A stretch of 58,570 nt of DNA from a virus: positions 1-58,570 of the IMG/VR virus record IMGVR_UViG_3300006153_000019; one strand, written 5' to 3'. This document shows positions 8,051 through 17,621 of the stretch, piece after piece. The first letter of the stretch is position 1; each line of letters opens with the position of its first letter. A program made the position numbers and the translations under genes. Below the pieces are notes generated by a model. That model was not told the origin of the DNA. It worked only from the letters and a program-made list of their open reading frames with translations, and did not search any database.

Positions 8051-9241
8051 TCACCCAATCAATTTAATCTTTTCTAATTTATCCATCTCTTTACGATTAC
8101 GTTGTGCAGAAACATGGTTGTATATTTCCATGGTTACTGAAATTTTGCTATGACCCATGATATATTGCAATACCTTTGCGTCCATGCCTGCTTCTGCCAT
8201 TCTTGTGCAACCAGTATGCCTTAAATTATGTGCTGATATATGGGGAAGTTCTATATCTATATTGTCCATACTGTTATATTTGTTTACAATATTAAGCAAT
8301 AAGTTGTTTATTGCACTTGGCATAATCGGATTATTATTCTTTGTAGAAAATACAAAATCACTATATCCATCAATCACAACATTTGTTCTCCAGCCTTTAA
8401 GCATTTGATTTTGCTTTTGACCTAGTAAGGCTTTATGCACATATGTTGTCATTGGAATTATTCTAACACCAGAATCCGTTTTTGGACTATCTGCATAAAA
8501 CTTGTATCCTGTACCACACTTCTTATATATTAACTGGTGATTTATACTTATTTCCCTGTTTTTAAAGTCTACATCATTCCAAGTTAATCCGATTGCTTCA
8601 CCACACCGAACCGCTGTGCCTATCATAAATACTATCATTGGATAATATGAAGAATATACTTTACTTTGTTGAATAAATTCCATAAATGCCTCTTGCTCTT
8701 GAACCGTTAATGATATTCTTTTATCTGAATCATTACTAAGCTCTGCCAGACAACCTTTACATGGATTTTTTCTTATTATGTCATCATCAACCGCAAGTTC
8801 AAAGCAAGGAGAAATCATAGAGTTAAATGCCTTTATAGTCGAATATTTCAGACCTCTTTCTAAAAGCAAGCTATAAAATCTTAATATATCTGTTTTTTTT
8901 ATATCACATAATCTTTTCTGTCCAAGCTCATTATTTCGCAAATTTCCATTCCACAAATCAATATAATTTTGCCTAGTAGAATTACAAATCTTCGTTTTCA
9001 GTGATATGTACTTATCAAACTGCTGATTTAATGTGATTTCGGCACCAACTGTATCAATATTATCTGCTATATCCCTACTGATTTTCTTCTCTTTTTTCCG
9101 TAAATCTGACAGATTTTTTGCATACACAGACTTTCTTTTACCAGAATTATCATTATATTGATAGACATACAAACCATCTTTTCTCTGACTTTCGCCATTT
9201 TGTAAAACCCGCCCTTTGTTGTCTTTCCGCCGTACCATCAT
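8051..9241 (-). CDS. int: tyrosine integrase (phage integrase family)
   Basis: 396 aa; ..AHNLRHTGCT.. and ..GHSKISVTMEIYNHV.. (H-x-x-R, H, Y); N-terminal arm-binding-like domain. Confidence 0.9.
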   Translation of the reverse strand: MMVRRKDNKGRVLQNGESQRKDGLYVYQYNDNSGKRKSVYAKNLSDLRKKEKKISRDIADNIDTVGAEITLNQQFDKYISLKTKICNSTRQNYIDLWNGNLRNNELGQKRLCDIKKTDILRFYSLLLERGLKYSTIKAFNSMISPCFELAVDDDIIRKNPCKGCLAELSNDSDKRISLTVQEQEAFMEFIQQSKVYSSYYPMIVFMIGTAVRCGEAIGLTWNDVDFKNREISINHQLIYKKCGTGYKFYADSPKTDSGVRIIPMTTYVHKALLGQKQNQMLKGWRTNVVIDGYSDFVFSTKNNNPIMPSAINNLLLNIVNKYNSMDNIDIELPHISAHNLRHTGCTRMAEAGMDAKVLQYIMGHSKISVTMEIYNHVSAQRNRKEMDKLEKIKLIG

Positions 9242-9341
9242 AGCTCCTTTCTAACCAAAAAGAGCATTGCACGTGTATAAAATATAACACAAACAATCCT
9301 CTTTTTCAATTATTTGTAACAGTAGGATAAACTTTAAAACT

Positions 9342-9545
9342 CTAAATAACCTCTTTTCGTAATATGTACTGTTCAAATCTAACCCGTTTTATTAAATAAT
9401 ATGCCCCTTTTCTTAATGCAAAATCACAATCTGGCTCCTCTAATAAATCTCTAATCCTATGTACACCTATGTTACTGTATTCCGCAGCCTCATCAATCGT
9501 AAGTAATAATTTTTGCGGTATGGATACATTTTCTTTTTGTTTCAT
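9342..9545 (-). CDS. xis: excisionase-type HTH protein
   Basis: 67 aa; LLTIDEAAEYSNIGVHRIRDLL matches the excisionase/MerR-like HTH; directly upstream of int. Confidence 0.7.
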   Translation of the reverse strand: MKQKENVSIPQKLLLTIDEAAEYSNIGVHRIRDLLEEPDCDFALRKGAYYLIKRVRFEQYILRKEVI

Positions 9546-9550
9546 TTATT

Positions 9551-9706
9551 TTATTCTCCTTTTTCGATATATGATTTTACTTCATCAAAAGAAAATTGTG
9601 ATTTTATAAGGTCATGGGTATAATATTTCCATGTTGTCTCCAGGTCATTTCTAAGCAATTCAGACATTTCAACCAAAGTATTTGCTACGGTTTCAATTTC
9701 AAACAT
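9551..9706 (-). CDS. small hypothetical protein (51 aa, below the ORF-track cutoff)
   Basis: ATG overlaps the stop of 9699..11027 (ATGTTTGA); open to the TAA at 9551. Confidence 0.35.
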   Translation of the reverse strand: MFEIETVANTLVEMSELLRNDLETTWKYYTHDLIKSQFSFDEVKSYIEKGE

Positions 9707-11027
9707 TTTTATATTCCGTTCCTTTCAGCTTTTTTTGATACCTTGTAGCAGCTCCATTTGCCTTGGCAGATTCCGCACGCTTAAACCCACTCACCTTAAT
9801 ACGCTCATATTGCTTCCTTAAATCGTGAGTTTCAGCGAATTCATTAAATTTCTTATTCTGCTCTCTCAATTTATATGCAAGTTTATCATAGTCATTCTGC
9901 AAAATATTCTTCACATCTATTTCTGCTGTAAGGTCAATTTCTTTCTGTTTTACCAGAAGTTCCCTTTTTGTTTTTCTGATGGCACGCTCCATAGCTCGTA
10001 ATTTCTGTGAGTTAAGATATTGTTGTTTTGATTCTTCACTATCTATAAGGTTTCCTGCTCCATCAATTAAATTACCGTCTTTATCTCGCCAAGGATTACT
10101 TATTCTTTCATCATACGGACCGAAGCTGTGGCGACAATTATAACCATCCAGACCGTTTGGTGTTCCATATCCTGTAGTTTTTATAAAATCTGGATAATTT
10201 CCAGTATTAGGAGAACCGCCTACTTGCTTTCCATTTTCCTCAAATTTCCCCTTTACAGATGTATATTTTTGTAAATCAGCGTCAGAAATATAGAAAATTC
10301 TGCCTTGCCAGCTCATGTGGTTAGCTGGTTCATCTTTATCTGTAAATCTAGCCCCAGTGTGAGCAGAGGTAATAATTAAATTAGTTCCTGCCTGTTTCAC
10401 ATATTCCATGGTAACTTGTCCCGCCATCTGTGCCATACTGCTTCTGATACAACACAGGACAGCGGACTCTAATGTTCTTTTTGTTCCAGTAGGGTATAAT
10501 ACTTCAATGCCTTTTCCTGCATATCTATCAAGTATGTCACATACTGCTGCTGAATAGCTTTGTACCCCAGCCGCAACCTTCATATCAACTTCATCTAGCA
10601 TATTGATAAGGTCTTTCTGTGCCTTATCCATGGTGGAGCGTGTCAGATTTTGTAATTCCCCCAGGCTCCGCTTATACTGTGCGTTCATAATTTCGATTAC
10701 AACAGGATTTTCTAGCGGAGGCGATACCTTTATCCCTAATGCGTCTAAACTGTCTGAATCAGTCCCCCACGAAGTCAGAACGGCATCTTGCAATATCGCC
10801 CGAAGTTCCTTTCGTGTTAATCCGGTCAATTCTGCCAGCTTCTTTTCAATGGCTTCCCGGCTTTCTCCCATCATGCGGATCTTATAAAGCAGGCGGTCAG
10901 CAGTTCCCGACATTTCCCCGGCGGTCAACAAGCGTCCGGCAATATCAGACATGATAAAGTCCTCCAACTGCCTATATAATTCTATTAAACGCTGTTCTTT
11001 CCCCTCGAAATACTCTGGTTTTAACAT
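9699..11027 (-). CDS. minor head / head-morphogenesis protein (SPP1 gp7 / Mu F family)
   Basis: 442 aa; follows the portal region; ..GYNCRHSFGPY.. motif typical of Phage_Mu_F. Confidence 0.8.
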   Translation of the reverse strand: MLKPEYFEGKEQRLIELYRQLEDFIMSDIAGRLLTAGEMSGTADRLLYKIRMMGESREAIEKKLAELTGLTRKELRAILQDAVLTSWGTDSDSLDALGIKVSPPLENPVVIEIMNAQYKRSLGELQNLTRSTMDKAQKDLINMLDEVDMKVAAGVQSYSAAVCDILDRYAGKGIEVLYPTGTKRTLESAVLCCIRSSMAQMAGQVTMEYVKQAGTNLIITSAHTGARFTDKDEPANHMSWQGRIFYISDADLQKYTSVKGKFEENGKQVGGSPNTGNYPDFIKTTGYGTPNGLDGYNCRHSFGPYDERISNPWRDKDGNLIDGAGNLIDSEESKQQYLNSQKLRAMERAIRKTKRELLVKQKEIDLTAEIDVKNILQNDYDKLAYKLREQNKKFNEFAETHDLRKQYERIKVSGFKRAESAKANGAATRYQKKLKGTEYKNV

Positions 11028-11461
11028 CAGCCTTTCCCCACCTCGTCTTTTACTGCCTTAATCCATTCGTTTTTATGTAATCGCTTTGCTTCCTCAAAAA
11101 AGTGGTCTGTTGTCCCTGGTTCATGGTATACAAGCGGTTTTCCAGTCGGGAATTTCTTCTCGTGCTTTTTCGCCCACGAACTTCCGTTTGCCGCAAGATA
11201 TAATTCTCCTTCGTAAATATAGTGGCTATATGGTGCGCCATACTCCAACACTCCGCCATATATCCCTTCCGGAAATGTTGCGCTACCCCTCAATCCTCCG
11301 TTTAAATGCGGTACAAGCGGCTCACAATCCTTTTTTACGGCGGCATTCAAAACAGCTTGTGCGTTTTTCAAATTCCTATCAATACGCTTTGTGTCAATTT
11401 TTATAGACACATTTCCAACTGTTGTATTTATTTTTGCCACATCATCACACCCTTTCAACAT
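11027..11461 (-). CDS. minor capsid / HK97-gp10-like protein
   Basis: 144-aa ORF between portal and gp7-like gene; ..YGAPYSHYIYEGE.. resembles minor capsid families. Confidence 0.45.
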   Translation of the reverse strand: MLKGCDDVAKINTTVGNVSIKIDTKRIDRNLKNAQAVLNAAVKKDCEPLVPHLNGGLRGSATFPEGIYGGVLEYGAPYSHYIYEGELYLAANGSSWAKKHEKKFPTGKPLVYHEPGTTDHFFEEAKRLHKNEWIKAVKDEVGKG

Positions 11462-11490
11462 TCCCTATGTGTTCTCTGATTCTCATAAAA

Positions 11491-11775
11491 TCACCCGAAT
11501 ATGCTTTTCTTCACCACAACGCTTGTCCTTGTGGTATTATTGATAATCTCTTTCTTTGGTGGAATTGGCTGAACCGCATTATCCACCAATTTACAAGAAA
11601 CAAATTTATAGCTTGTCTTTGTCTCTTTCCATGCCATACCCTTTTCTATTGCTGTTTGTGTGTTCATGTATGCCGGATAGCGTCCGGCTATTACTTCTTG
11701 CTTTACTTCCTCATAATTGCATGAGGGGCATTTTTCGACAAGACATTCCTCAAAATTTCTATATGGACACTTCAT
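11491..11775 (-). CDS. Cys-rich (CPxx..CPSC) small protein, hypothetical
   Basis: ATG after GGGGAGGAATAGGAAA; MKCPYRNFEECLVEKCPSCNYE. Confidence 0.5.
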   Translation of the reverse strand: MKCPYRNFEECLVEKCPSCNYEEVKQEVIAGRYPAYMNTQTAIEKGMAWKETKTSYKFVSCKLVDNAVQPIPPKKEIINNTTRTSVVVKKSIFG

Positions 11776-11779
11776 TTTC

Positions 11780-13228
11780 CTATTCCTCCCCAAACAATCG
11801 TTCTTCCTCTGGCTCCTGCTCTGCCTTTGCCTCTGCTACCATTGCAAGAGCTTCTTCTTCGGTATATCCCCTATGTAGGACAAGGAAGCGTGCCTTTGAC
11901 ATATATCCTTGGTTAGCAAGCTGTAAATCTAATAACATATCTTCCTGCTTATTTACTGCAATATCCTCAAAGTCACAGAATAATTCATAATTTCCAAATT
12001 CTGTCGGAATGGTATCACCGTTAATTACAGACATGGAATCAATAATGTAAGCTATATCATGGATTGCCCCGACACGACCATCGCCATTGCTTTCTGGTCT
12101 ATCTAGCAATGCCCTGTAAGATAATACCGTATTAACTGTGCGCCTTTCTGCCGCCTCTATTTGTGTGGCTGTGGTTGCTACTATTCTCTGACCATTAAAT
12201 ACATAATAGCCAATATCCAACCCAACTTTGGCAGCTATGATATTGAGATAAAAATTTATCCCTTCTATTCGACTTGCAACCTGTAGTTGTGGTTGCCACT
12301 GCTCTACGGGCTTGCTATCGTCTGTCAGCCCTAATCCAGTATTAAAAATGAATTTAGGAAGCTTAATCCCATTCATGGTCGCATATTTGATAACAGACTG
12401 GTCAACCATCATCATAGGGGCTGATGTTTCCGTTTCCGTCCCCATAGTTGACATTGCAATATCCAGCCAGCGCAATTCTTCTATACACTCTGAAAAGCAG
12501 GATACCCCGAGGGGGCTGTCTGGGTCTATGGTGTTGCTGTATGGGTTCTTTATGTACACAAACAAAGGGTTTTCAAGGTTTTCTGCTGTAAACTCTGGAA
12601 CAATGTCTGCCCACTTAGTATTCTTAAGAGAGATTTCCCGCCCTATCTGGTCTTGCTGGTCCGACACAAAGGCCTTGTTGGACACTCTATACCTGCGGAC
12701 TGATACCATTTCCCCGGCTTCGCTCTTCTGCGTGCTGTCCTCGTACCTGTGCCACTCTGCCCTGGTATAAAATTTCTTACCCTTCTGGTGAAAAGAGAAG
12801 AATATCACTCCGGTAATATTTTCATTGCTGTCAGAATCTGTGACAAGGAATCTGTCCGGCGGTATGTAGTCTATTCCATCCCCATTCCACTTTGCCATCA
12901 CACCGCCAAGCCGAATCACCTTTTCCATGTTTTTCTGGGCGTTCTTTAGGAAATGGTCATCAATCGCTTTCTGGATTCTCTTGGCAGTTTCCCCAGTTCC
13001 ATATTTTGACTGCACCTTAATGTCAATATTTTGCGTAATCAACTTAGCCAGTTCACGGGCTACGGTGTTTGAAAAGCGGATTGTCCGGGTATCGCCCTTT
13101 ACCCACGGCGGCTTGCCACTCTCCAGCTGCTGCCACAGCTTAATGGCAGCGTCCATTTCCGGCGAAAGGTACGTTTCCACGCCGAAAGCCTTTTCAACTG
13201 CTTCTTCGTATAATTCCTTTATTGTCAT
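11780..13228 (-). CDS. portal protein (SPP1 Gp6-like)
   Basis: 482 aa, position downstream of terL, size and composition typical of SPP1-type portals. Confidence 0.85.
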   Translation of the reverse strand: MTIKELYEEAVEKAFGVETYLSPEMDAAIKLWQQLESGKPPWVKGDTRTIRFSNTVARELAKLITQNIDIKVQSKYGTGETAKRIQKAIDDHFLKNAQKNMEKVIRLGGVMAKWNGDGIDYIPPDRFLVTDSDSNENITGVIFFSFHQKGKKFYTRAEWHRYEDSTQKSEAGEMVSVRRYRVSNKAFVSDQQDQIGREISLKNTKWADIVPEFTAENLENPLFVYIKNPYSNTIDPDSPLGVSCFSECIEELRWLDIAMSTMGTETETSAPMMMVDQSVIKYATMNGIKLPKFIFNTGLGLTDDSKPVEQWQPQLQVASRIEGINFYLNIIAAKVGLDIGYYVFNGQRIVATTATQIEAAERRTVNTVLSYRALLDRPESNGDGRVGAIHDIAYIIDSMSVINGDTIPTEFGNYELFCDFEDIAVNKQEDMLLDLQLANQGYMSKARFLVLHRGYTEEEALAMVAEAKAEQEPEEERLFGEE

Positions 13229-13309
13229 TATCTCTTATCCTTTCTATGGCTTTCGCTCCCCTGTATGGCTTGCGGTGTTCTTTGCCGTGGGTGATGGATT
13301 TGTCAAGGC

Positions 13310-13951
13310 TCATGGTTTCGGCTTCTCCATCCATTTAACGCAATTATACATATACTCATGTTCACTTTCAGCAGAAAAACCAGTTTCGCTTATTTCGTCC
13401 TCAACAATATATCCCAGAATCATCTCTCCATGATTATCACAGCACAAAACTTCTTTATCTGGCAATGTGCCTTGTTCACACAAAATCCAAATACAACTGT
13501 CTAACCTCTTTATATTTTCCGCCTCTAATTCCTCTATGTAATCATCTTTATGGTCACAATTATGGCAGATAATCGTAGACTTTTGCGCAAACGGATTTTT
13601 GATTTTCTCATTGACTTTATCAGTATGCCAGCGTTCTAATTCTTCATTTGCCGCTTGCAGCTTTGCGGATAAGGCTTCTATGGTGTCGGCGGCTTGCCCT
13701 AAAACTCTTCCGAGCCGCTTACCTTCAAAAATTTCAGAAAGTTCCCTCAATTCCTTTACCTGTTCGCTAATCATGCTCATTCTGTCAATCCTCCAATCAC
13801 AGTTTTTCCCGCATTTAACTGAACAATATTCGCACCTTGCTTTTGGACATGGAGCATTTGTATGTTTGCATGTAAACGCAACGACATTCTTTGGAACATG
13901 GCACTCCTTATTCTTTCTGTTTACACATAGAAATTTGTCACATATTTCCAT
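13310..13951 (-). CDS. Cys-rich protein with DUF551-like C-terminus
   Basis: 213 aa; C-terminal ..YMYNCVKWMEKPKP resembles the DUF551 WMPLP ending. Confidence 0.45.
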   Translation of the reverse strand: MEICDKFLCVNRKNKECHVPKNVVAFTCKHTNAPCPKARCEYCSVKCGKNCDWRIDRMSMISEQVKELRELSEIFEGKRLGRVLGQAADTIEALSAKLQAANEELERWHTDKVNEKIKNPFAQKSTIICHNCDHKDDYIEELEAENIKRLDSCIWILCEQGTLPDKEVLCCDNHGEMILGYIVEDEISETGFSAESEHEYMYNCVKWMEKPKP

Positions 13952-13986
13952 TTCCCTATCCTCCCCTTACCACATTGGCAGATGCT

Positions 13987-14211
13987 TTAATCTATACCGC
14001 CTGACTTTAAGATTTCGTCTATTTTTGCATCGCCCTCAACACAATACTTTTCAAAAAGATAATCTTCCAGTCTTTCACCAACTTCATCCACATCATAAGC
14101 AGTGGGAATATTGTCCAAATTTATGATTTTTGTCATTGCGCACCCCATAGGGCTAATTACCGCTTTTGTGATGTGGCAATATTTTAATTCATCCGCATCA
14201 ATTAATCTCAT
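13987..14211 (-). CDS. hypothetical protein
   Basis: 74-aa ORF between terL and 13951. Confidence 0.5.
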   Translation of the reverse strand: MRLIDADELKYCHITKAVISPMGCAMTKIINLDNIPTAYDVDEVGERLEDYLFEKYCVEGDAKIDEILKSGGID

Positions 14212-14239
14212 AGTTTCCCCTTTCTACCACATAGCCACT

Positions 14240-15565
14240 TTAATATTTCCACCTCAACCGCCGCCGCAGGAATGTATAGCAAAAATAGCGGTCGCTATCG
14301 AGACAATGATCGAACTCCTTTATCACAGCATCCTCTGGGCTTTCCATATCCCATGAATACAGCCCGTACTCATTTATGGTCGCTTCGCAATCCTCATGAT
14401 AGCTGATTATCCCTCTGTTTAGGAATGTTGTCTGTACCCGTATTCCGTCCAATACGTCATTTTCTGCGCCTTTGGCAATATACTTTCCGTACTTCTTTAT
14501 GACTTCGATAAAAGTAGCCGCTGACGGGTCTACTATGATAAGCGATACCTTTCTATCCCCAATCAACTTACATATTTCTTGATAATGCGTTTCATCATCT
14601 CTCCGTATTCCGGTTTCCTTGCTGTCATAGTAATATTCATATTCCTTTTGTGCGTGCCGCCCATCAAACGCCCACAAGCCAGCAGCAAACGGATTTACGG
14701 TTCCATGGTCCACAGACACTACCCATTCTTTTTCACCGGTCATGTGTTTGTCTTTGACGTGCTTGTCCTCGTCAAACATTGAGTAGACAAGACCTTCTGC
14801 CACGCACCACAGCCCCTGGATGTACCGCTTAAAGAACACGCCCACATACATTCCACGATAACGGGCTTTAATCCTCTCTGACAGAGATAAATTGTCGTCC
14901 ATAGTGAAATGCAGATATACAAGCCGCTTTTCCTCTGCCTTATCAATCCAGTTGACCTTGAACCAGTGACGGGGGCTGTCCGGATTACAGTTAAACCACA
15001 TCTTAGAACCATCAACAGACAATCGCCCAGTTGCCTGGTTTACAAAGGATTCCGGCATAAGCGCCACTTCATCAAAGAAGAAGCCAGCACAGGTTATACC
15101 TTGCACCAAATCCTGTGACCGTTCATCCTTCCCACCAAACAGATAAAAGTAATTTGTCATATCTCCTTTTGATACTATCAAGAGATTGTCAGAGCGTTTG
15201 TCTATCACAGCATATTTCCGGCTTTTTAGCATCAGTTTCAGCCAAAACAGAACATTTCGCCGGAAGGAACCAATGGTCTTTCCTGCCATACCGAAATTCT
15301 GTTGGTTGAAGCTGTTCATAGCCCACAGCACATATGACAAGGACATGGACAGCGTTTTACCGCTCCTGATTGCCCCGTCTGCTATGATTCCGTCCATGTC
15401 CTTTACTGGGCTGGCCGGACACCACCAAGTAAGGACTTTCTTCTGCTTGTTGGAGAATGGCTTGAACTGGAATCCCTGCTTTTGCACCTTTGCTTTCATT
15501 GCGGCGGCGCGTTTTGCAATGCTTTTGCGGATATTTTCTATGCGTTCATCAATGCTGTTTTTCAT
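14240..15565 (-). CDS. terL: terminase large subunit (PBSX/Terminase_3-like)
   Basis: 441 aa; Walker A DGAIRSGKT; follows terS. Confidence 0.9.
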   Translation of the reverse strand: MKNSIDERIENIRKSIAKRAAAMKAKVQKQGFQFKPFSNKQKKVLTWWCPASPVKDMDGIIADGAIRSGKTLSMSLSYVLWAMNSFNQQNFGMAGKTIGSFRRNVLFWLKLMLKSRKYAVIDKRSDNLLIVSKGDMTNYFYLFGGKDERSQDLVQGITCAGFFFDEVALMPESFVNQATGRLSVDGSKMWFNCNPDSPRHWFKVNWIDKAEEKRLVYLHFTMDDNLSLSERIKARYRGMYVGVFFKRYIQGLWCVAEGLVYSMFDEDKHVKDKHMTGEKEWVVSVDHGTVNPFAAGLWAFDGRHAQKEYEYYYDSKETGIRRDDETHYQEICKLIGDRKVSLIIVDPSAATFIEVIKKYGKYIAKGAENDVLDGIRVQTTFLNRGIISYHEDCEATINEYGLYSWDMESPEDAVIKEFDHCLDSDRYFCYTFLRRRLRWKY

Positions 15566-15738
15566 ATTCTCTTATTCCATACTTCAATCGCTTCTTCTGG
15601 AGAGTTTTCGCCACCTCCCATCATGGCCCCACATTCCTCACATGAACACCAGAATATATCCCCTTCTGAAATATCCATGTCAATATAAGCGCCGGTTTCA
15701 GGGTCAATTACTGGTTCTTCGTGTCCGTTATCATTCAA
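15562..15738 (-). CDS. Lar-like (restriction-alleviation family) small protein, 58 aa, between terS and terL
   Basis: ..FWCSCEECGAMMGGGENSPEEAIEVWNKRI; stop overlaps the terL ATG (ATGA); start TTG or the internal ATG. Confidence 0.45.
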   Translation of the reverse strand: MNDNGHEEPVIDPETGAYIDMDISEGDIFWCSCEECGAMMGGGENSPEEAIEVWNKRI

Positions 15739-16232
15739 GATACCTCACTTTCCTCCCACACTTCTGCCGCCGTTCCGTTCAGCGCGTCCATGAAATTATC
15801 CTCTGCTTCTTCCTCCGGCTGGCTGTCCTTGACCTGGCTTTCCAGTTTCAAGAGTTCGATTTCAAGCTTCTGCTTATCTAACTGGTGTTTCATTGGATTG
15901 TTGATGAACTTATCTATCACAATCCCCATTGCAGTAGCAATTTCCGACAGCTTCGCTGCCTGTATTTTCTCTGGCTTTTTCAGGGCTTCTATGTAAGCGT
16001 CCAAGACATCTTTCGCTTTCTCTTTTCTGGAATCCAGATAATCCAAAATTTCAGCAGTGTTCTGCTGTCTTTTTTCTTCGCACTTTTTCGCAACTTCCGA
16101 ATTTCCAAGTACAATTTTTCTCACGGTGTTGTCTGACACTCCAAATTTTTTCGCTGTTGCTAAATAGCTGCCAGACTCCACATAATCAGCAATTATTTCT
16201 TTTTTCTGTTTATCTGTCAGCCTGGCAGCCAC
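15735..16232 (-). CDS. terS: terminase small subunit
   Basis: 165 aa; N-terminal HTH (YLATAKKFGVSDNTVRKI), acidic C-terminus, immediately upstream of terL. Confidence 0.8.
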   Translation of the reverse strand: MAARLTDKQKKEIIADYVESGSYLATAKKFGVSDNTVRKIVLGNSEVAKKCEEKRQQNTAEILDYLDSRKEKAKDVLDAYIEALKKPEKIQAAKLSEIATAMGIVIDKFINNPMKHQLDKQKLEIELLKLESQVKDSQPEEEAEDNFMDALNGTAAEVWEESEVS

Positions 16233-16362
16233 TTTCTCTCACCTCAATCTACAAATGCTTTCTGCCTGTTATTCATTCCAATTCTCTCCAATGTGTCGGG
16301 GTATAATAAACATACATACTCTCATCTTACCTTCCTCCATTTCTCTACAATCCCCCAATATT

Positions 16363-16396
16363 ATTTTACTATAGATTTAGGGAGAAATTGTACCAA
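16363..16396 (-). promoter_or_regulatory. TGGTACAA-N19-TAAAAT promoter for the packaging/head operon
   Basis: minus strand reads TTGGTACAA, 19 nt, TAAAAT, about 130 nt upstream of terS. Confidence 0.55.
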
Positions 16397-16397
16397 A

Positions 16398-16604
16398 CTA
16401 TTGCTTTTTGATTCCTGACAAATCGTCCATATACTTATCAACTTTAGAAACATTAATAAGATAACTTTTCCCAATATGGATAACCGCGCCAGCAGCTTCA
16501 GCAATCTTCCGCATTGTATTACGACCCACGCCGTACCTAGCACATGCAGCTTCCATTCTAACTGTCTTAACCTCTTTAGATTTTCTAGTTAATATTCTAT
16601 TCAT
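16398..16604 (-). CDS. small HTH DNA-binding protein
   Basis: 68 aa; ACARYGVGRNTMRKIAEAAGAV is HTH-like. Confidence 0.5.
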   Translation of the reverse strand: MNRILTRKSKEVKTVRMEAACARYGVGRNTMRKIAEAAGAVIHIGKSYLINVSKVDKYMDDLSGIKKQ

Positions 16605-17059
16605 TCTTCTATCCTCCTTAACCCCTTGTCAAAAAGACTAAAAAAATATCTCCTATAGCCATAAAAATCTGTTCGACAACAACACATTCTATCAATTCTC
16701 TTTAACTCCCATTGTTTCTGCAATTCGTCATATGACAGATTTTCCATCACAGACATTAAAATATACCATGAAAACATTTCACTAGCTTTCTGAGCCGCTG
16801 AGTGAGCGAGAGAGGCATATTTACCAGACTGTATCATCTGCTTCAACTTCTTGCGATAGTTCCTGTCCTCTAGCCCATACTCTTTCCATGAGGCACGAGG
16901 AGCAGCCATATATCTTGGCTCTGGCGGTTGCTCAAAAATGCACAACTGCTTAAATCCACAGTAATTATCACAAGATTGTTTGTTTCCATTGCAGTCCTTA
17001 CGGTTGCAACAGGTACGTAAACATGTGCTGCATAAGCAGTTGTAACATTTTCTCCGCAT
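16601..17059 (-). CDS. Cys-rich protein, hypothetical (sits where RinA/ArpU-type late regulators lie)
   Basis: 152-aa ORF just upstream of the late promoter; regulator idea rests on position only. Confidence 0.4.
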   Translation of the reverse strand: MRRKCYNCLCSTCLRTCCNRKDCNGNKQSCDNYCGFKQLCIFEQPPEPRYMAAPRASWKEYGLEDRNYRKKLKQMIQSGKYASLAHSAAQKASEMFSWYILMSVMENLSYDELQKQWELKRIDRMCCCRTDFYGYRRYFFSLFDKGLRRIEE

Positions 17060-17063
17060 AGTA

Positions 17064-17621
17064 TCACCCTTCCAATGCCACTTTACCAGAAATTTCCGAA
17101 ATCATTTTTTTTATGTCATTTGGCATTTTTGATATTTCCTTTTTCCTGTTGATAACTAACCTGTAAGTACGCATAAAATTTGACTGTATGACACTTTCTA
17201 CGCTTTCCATATCAGCCAGTGCCCAATTACGAAGCTGTGATGGTGTACCTACCGTTTTTTGAACTAACGGTGGTAATTTTTCAAATTCCTGCTCTGCCCC
17301 ATAATATCCATTTCGTAACGCTTTACTGACCAGTGACCATGCTTCCATTTCCGATAATTCCTCTGGTGTGTTTATCGTATGTAATTTGTCTATAAGCTGT
17401 CCAATGCTAGGAGCAAATCCGCTTGTGTCGGTCGATATGTACGCTTTTAATGCTGTTTTCATTTCGCTGTAGGTATATTCAGAAAGATACTCCGACCATG
17501 TATCTGCAATATACGTAAGGTCTGCCTGTGGCTTCCAGTTTGGATATACTGATGATATGCGCATTAAAAGCTGTTTTGTTTCATCTCGTGTCACTATGCG
17601 TCCCTCCATTTCTTTTCCCAA
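17064..17621 (-). CDS. G39P-like helicase loader/inhibitor family protein
   Basis: ..SSVYPNWKPQADLTYIADTWSEYLSEYTYSEMKTALKAY.. matches the replicative-helicase-inhibitor G39P N-terminal pattern. Confidence 0.55.
   Translation of the reverse strand: MGKEMEGRIVTRDETKQLLMRISSVYPNWKPQADLTYIADTWSEYLSEYTYSEMKTALKAYISTDTSGFAPSIGQLIDKLHTINTPEELSEMEAWSLVSKALRNGYYGAEQEFEKLPPLVQKTVGTPSQLRNWALADMESVESVIQSNFMRTYRLVINRKKEISKMPNDIKKMISEISGKVALEG

Noticed and set aside
15186-15881. 231-aa plus-strand ORF, and similar long plus-strand ORFs at 12927..13433, 13599..14126, 19451..19981, 21690..22217, 55171..55785 and 55924..56421
   Set aside because: All are antisense shadows of well-supported minus-strand genes (terL, portal, Erf, capsid, scaffold and others). 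They have low-complexity Ser/Leu/Phe-rich translations and no SD.
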